From NCBI RefSeq assembly GCF_037042905.1, contig NC_087245.1:37760001-37824000 (forward strand): a stretch of 64,000 bases of DNA, read 5' to 3'. A program made the translations under genes and the position numbers. The notes under the pieces are model-generated. The model was not told the origin of the DNA, ran no database searches, and worked only from the letters and a program-made list of their open reading frames with translations. Shown here one piece after another: positions 60,359 to 64,000 of the stretch; within the stretch, counting starts at the first letter, position 1, and every line of letters starts with the position of its first letter. This stretch comes from Lytechinus pictus. Taxonomy: Eukaryota.

Positions 60359-61020
60359 TACAAAGCCCCCCCATATTCTTGATTTTCATGTGATCTATAA
60401 CATCTTGAGGGTTATGTTAAAGGATTTACACTCAATTGAGTGGGATGGGGAGGGGGTGTAAATATCCCTTTAAAAACACCCATTTCACCCCCTCACTTGT
60501 CTAGTTCTGCCTCGTTTTTTTGTCTCTGTCTCTCCCCCTTCTGTCTTATTTTATATCTATCTCCCCTTTCTATTATGCTGCAGTCATATATCCCCTAAAG
60601 CAGATGTACGGCGAGTTGACAACAGCCGTTTTTATTCAAACCACCTATTTGTAGCTGGTACAAAAATGTTAAAACGGCTGTTTTTTACTCGCCATTCGGC
60701 CGCCATAGTGGAAATGTGACTGCCTATTCCTCTGCCTCTGCTTTTCTGTCACAGTTGATCTTTCTGTCTCTCTCAACTCTCTTTAATCCCCCCTCCCCCA
60801 TCTCTCATCCAGCTCTGTATCAGTCTCTGTCTTTATCTCTCTCAACTCTTTTTATCCCCCCCCCCCCATCTAGCTCTGCCTGATCTTTTGTCTCAGTAAC
60901 TGTTTCTATCTCTCATTTCTCCCCCTTCCTCATCCAGCTCTGCTTTTTTTTTTTCAGTAACTGCCTTTCTGTCTCTCAATTATCTATTTTCTCACCCACA
61001 ATTCCCTCTCTCTCATCCAG

Positions 61021-61289
61021 GGCCCCGTCTTACAAAGAGTTACGATTGATCCAATCAAGCGTAACTATGGAAATCTATCAGTGTCAGAACTTTTTCTACA
61101 GGAAATTTGCAAAATGTTCTTTGTAAACAAAGGAGAACACACCAAATTGTCAAGAAATCAATGAATTTATGGATATACATTCAAATCTAGATTTTTTTTT
61201 GAACAAACATGCATTTTATATGTTGACTTTGCTGGGTTTTCTTAGTTGCGATTGATCGGATCAATCGCAACTCTTCGTAAGACGGGCCC
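61021..61289. mobile_element. MITE family B
   Basis: GGCCCCGTCTTACAAAGAGTTACGATTGATCC / GGATCAATCGCAACTCTTCGTAAGACGGGCCC. Confidence 0.85.
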
Positions 61290-61609
61290 CTGCTCTGCGT
61301 CTTTTTTTTTCTGTCTCAATCACCGTCTTTCAACTCTCTTTCCAATCATATCAACCTATATCTTTTGCTCTTTCTCCTGTCTCACCCTCTAAAACAGACT
61401 CTTAAGTCAAGAGCCATCTTTGATTGGATAAATAAAAATAAATATACAGATTTATTCTCTTAAAAATTAGATTACTGGCAATCGGCATATTACTTTCAAT
61501 CAGAAAAAGGCAATGCATTAAAATGAGATATAAAGGCTAGTGGTACATAATTACAATCATCACTTGCAAATAAACAATAAAATGGGGGTGACCCAATATT
61601 TGTTCCAGC

Positions 61610-62797
61610 CCCGGGGGGGGGGGGGGGGGGCCACTTCCATTGACGAGTGGATACCATGCGCGACCATGGGGTCTCGAAAAGCACCCTAAACACGTATTTT
61701 CCATATTCTGAAAATGCACCACTTAACAAGTATTGGCGTCTGAAACCCTACCCTTAAAGGACAAGTCCACCCCAACAAAAAGCTGATTTGAATAGAAAGA
61801 GAAAAATCAAACATGAATAACGCTGAAAACTTCATCAAAATCGGATGTAAAATAATAAAGTTATGACATTTTAAAGTTTCGCTTATTTTTAACAAAATAG
61901 TTATATGAACGAGCCAGTTACATCCAAATGAGAGAGTCGATGATGTCACTCACTCACTATTTCTTTTGTTTGTTATTATTTGAATTATACAATATTTCAA
62001 TTTTTATGAATTTGACAATTAGGACCCCCTTGCTTGAACCACAAAATGTTAAAATAATGGAATTCCATGTGTTCAGGGAGAAATTAAACTTTGTTTCACA
62101 TGACAGTGACGAGAAAATCAAAATATTTCATATTTCATATAATAAAATACAAAAGAAATAGTGAGTGGGTGATGTCATCGGTTCCCTCATTTGCATACCG
62201 AACAGGGTGTGCATATAACTGTTTTGTGAAATTAAGCGAAACTTTAAAATGTCATAACTTTCTTATTTTACATCCGATTTTGATGAAATTTTCAGTGTTA
62301 TGCTTGTTTGATTTTTCTCTTTCTATTCAAATCAGCTTTTTGTTGGGGTGGACTTGTCCTTTAACAAGTATTGGAAACAAAACAACACTCTTGGCAAGTA
62401 TTCCCTGAAATGAACCCCTAAACAAGTACAGCGATATTTTTTATGTCACGGGTCCGTCGGTCATCGGTTTTACCTTTACACACCATTTGGTGCACGGCCC
62501 CACCTTCCACACCTCGCGCAAATCGGACTCTAAACACGTAGTGTTGGGGCAAAGAGGACATCCTTTATAAAACATTTTAATTTTGTTTCATCATCCCCGC
62601 AAATTTGACCCTAAACACGGAACTTTCCTAGCGAAATAGATACCCTTTTTCCATTATTTTTGTGTTTTTGACACCCTTATCACGTTACGTACGTAACGGC
62701 CCAATCTTGAATAAGACATCCTTTTTACGTGTTTTTGGGGTCGCGCATGGTATCCACTCGTCAATGTAAGTGGCCCCCTTCCCCCCCCCCCCCCGGG
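61610..62797. mobile_element. Unclassified TIR element with CCCG(n) ends, hosting a Kolobok MITE
   Basis: TIR CCCGGG..GGCCACTTCCATTGACGAGTGGATACCATGCGCGACC mirrored at 62739-62797; TTCCAGC duplicated on both flanks. Confidence 0.85.
61758..62360. mobile_element. Kolobok-type MITE (603 bp)
   Basis: TTAA|AGGACAAGTCCACCCCAACAAAAAGCTG ... CAGCTTTTTGTTGGGGTGGACTTGTCCT|TTAA. Confidence 0.92.
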
Positions 62798-63569
62798 TTC
62801 CAGCAACAACTGTTCCTATCTTTATTCCTTTGAAGATACAGGGTTTAGGGTTTGATAGGGTTCATGGGGGTGGGGTGGGGGTGGCATTCATGGAGACTGA
62901 CATGGACATGGTGTGAAGTAAGAATTTATCTTTGGCATAATATGCATTTTTTTTTGCAAAGGAACAGTTGTTGCTGAAGCTTATCTCATGGATTCCATAT
63001 CACATTTATTATTTATATCATTCATTGATACACAATAAATCTAAAACATACATAAATTTGGACAAACATCGTAACTTATGGTGAGATGTCCATCTTAAAA
63101 AGATTCATTACATGTATAAGTTAAGCAGCACACAAATGGAATAGCAAATACATTTTGTCATAAATAAATAAGCATACATGTAGATAAAATGATCATAATT
63201 AATAATTTAAATTTCAAAATCATAAATTATAGGATTTGTATAGTGCATGTGTTCACCTTGTTAGGTGCTCAAGGTGCTCCTATATTGCCCCAGCTAAGCT
63301 TGTATAACAGTTCCGGTGCTCTCAGCTTTTTTAGCCTTTGAGGAATTATTGAACTGAATTGAATTTATTACCAAATATCACTGTCAGGTACAATTTCATG
63401 GAATAGTACATCACATATAAACAAAACATTTGGTAATTAAAGCTAAAATAATAGTAAGATGCTAATCAAGGTTAGCCCCAAATAATGTCATTAACATAGT
63501 CTAAACAATAATTTTAACTAAAATTAATTATTAATTCTACTTATTACTGTTGCAGACAATTGCAATTAC

Positions 63570-63665
63570 TTCCCCATTTACCTCACCTGGGTTGAGTGCA
63601 GCACAATGTGGGTAAATTTCTTGTTGAAGGAAAAGATGCCATGGCTGGGAATCGAACCCACGTCT
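63570..63665 (-). mobile_element. tRNA-derived SINE fragment
   Basis: Same body as the 48855 element; B-box GGTTCGATTCC on the minus strand. Confidence 0.75.
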
Positions 63666-63694
63666 TCTTCAACCTACACTGACTGCCTCCTTCA

Positions 63695-64000
63695 ATCCTG
63701 AAGATTCTTGCGGGGGCCGGCAGGTGCAATACACCGGGTGAACACCCTACTCTTTGACGAATAGTGTATTGGTTTTAACGTGCATAGGTTGTGACTCTCC
63801 TATACACGGGACCAACATTTGCGTCCTTTCCGATGGACGGAGTGTTTTCCAACTGCATTCACACCTGCACTGAATACAGTGGTGAGGCACGCTAACACAC
63901 AATGCTATAACATCAGATTTTTTGTTAGAGGCGTTTCGGCATGAGCGGGACTTGAACCCCTCACGTTGAGATCTACGATCTTATCCGAAACATACGCTCT
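63695..64000 (-). mobile_element. tRNA-derived SINE (second family), cut by the window end
   Basis: Minus-strand B-box GGTTCAAGTCC near 63947-63957; similarity to 49690-49910. Confidence 0.65.

Noticed and set aside
59904..60461. Overlapping ORFs of about 100 aa
   Set aside because: They arise from the short internal repeats of a palindromic MITE.
50854..62408. Similar ORFs at 50854, 61686 and 62091 (LKCHNFLILHPILMKFS)
   Set aside because: Translations of the TIRs of one Kolobok MITE family.

Overview
AT-rich, intron- and repeat-rich animal genomic DNA with no prokaryotic features. The repeat content resembles a marine invertebrate such as a sea urchin, but that is inference. The main content is one + strand gene that the ORF track shows only in fragments. 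I reconstructed it by hand from AG/GT boundaries and intron phases: 21 coding exons (20706-53429), 3306 nt, a 1101-aa protein with many ankyrin repeats interrupted by a Ser/acidic-rich low-complexity segment. Upstream lies a decayed, 5'-truncated CR1/L2-group LINE (about 5233-11150, - strand). Two later DNA-transposon insertions split it, and removing them restores the local reading frame. The rest is dense non-autonomous DNA transposons: TTAA-flanked Kolobok-type elements (one of 3.67 kb, four of about 0.6 kb), a 3.5-kb Academ-type foldback carrying about 15 RFX X-box-like palindromes, hAT/P-like, Harbinger-like and piggyBac-like MITEs, a Helentron/HINE-like element, tRNA-derived SINEs and minisatellites. 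The most unusual patterns are: tandem duplications that repeatedly copy the gene's own splice junctions; a TGAYGTCA motif at a fixed 175-200 bp from the ends of the Kolobok-type elements; and reciprocal nesting of two MITE families. I found no convincing new protein-coding system. Superfamily calls rest on terminal and TSD signatures, not database searches.
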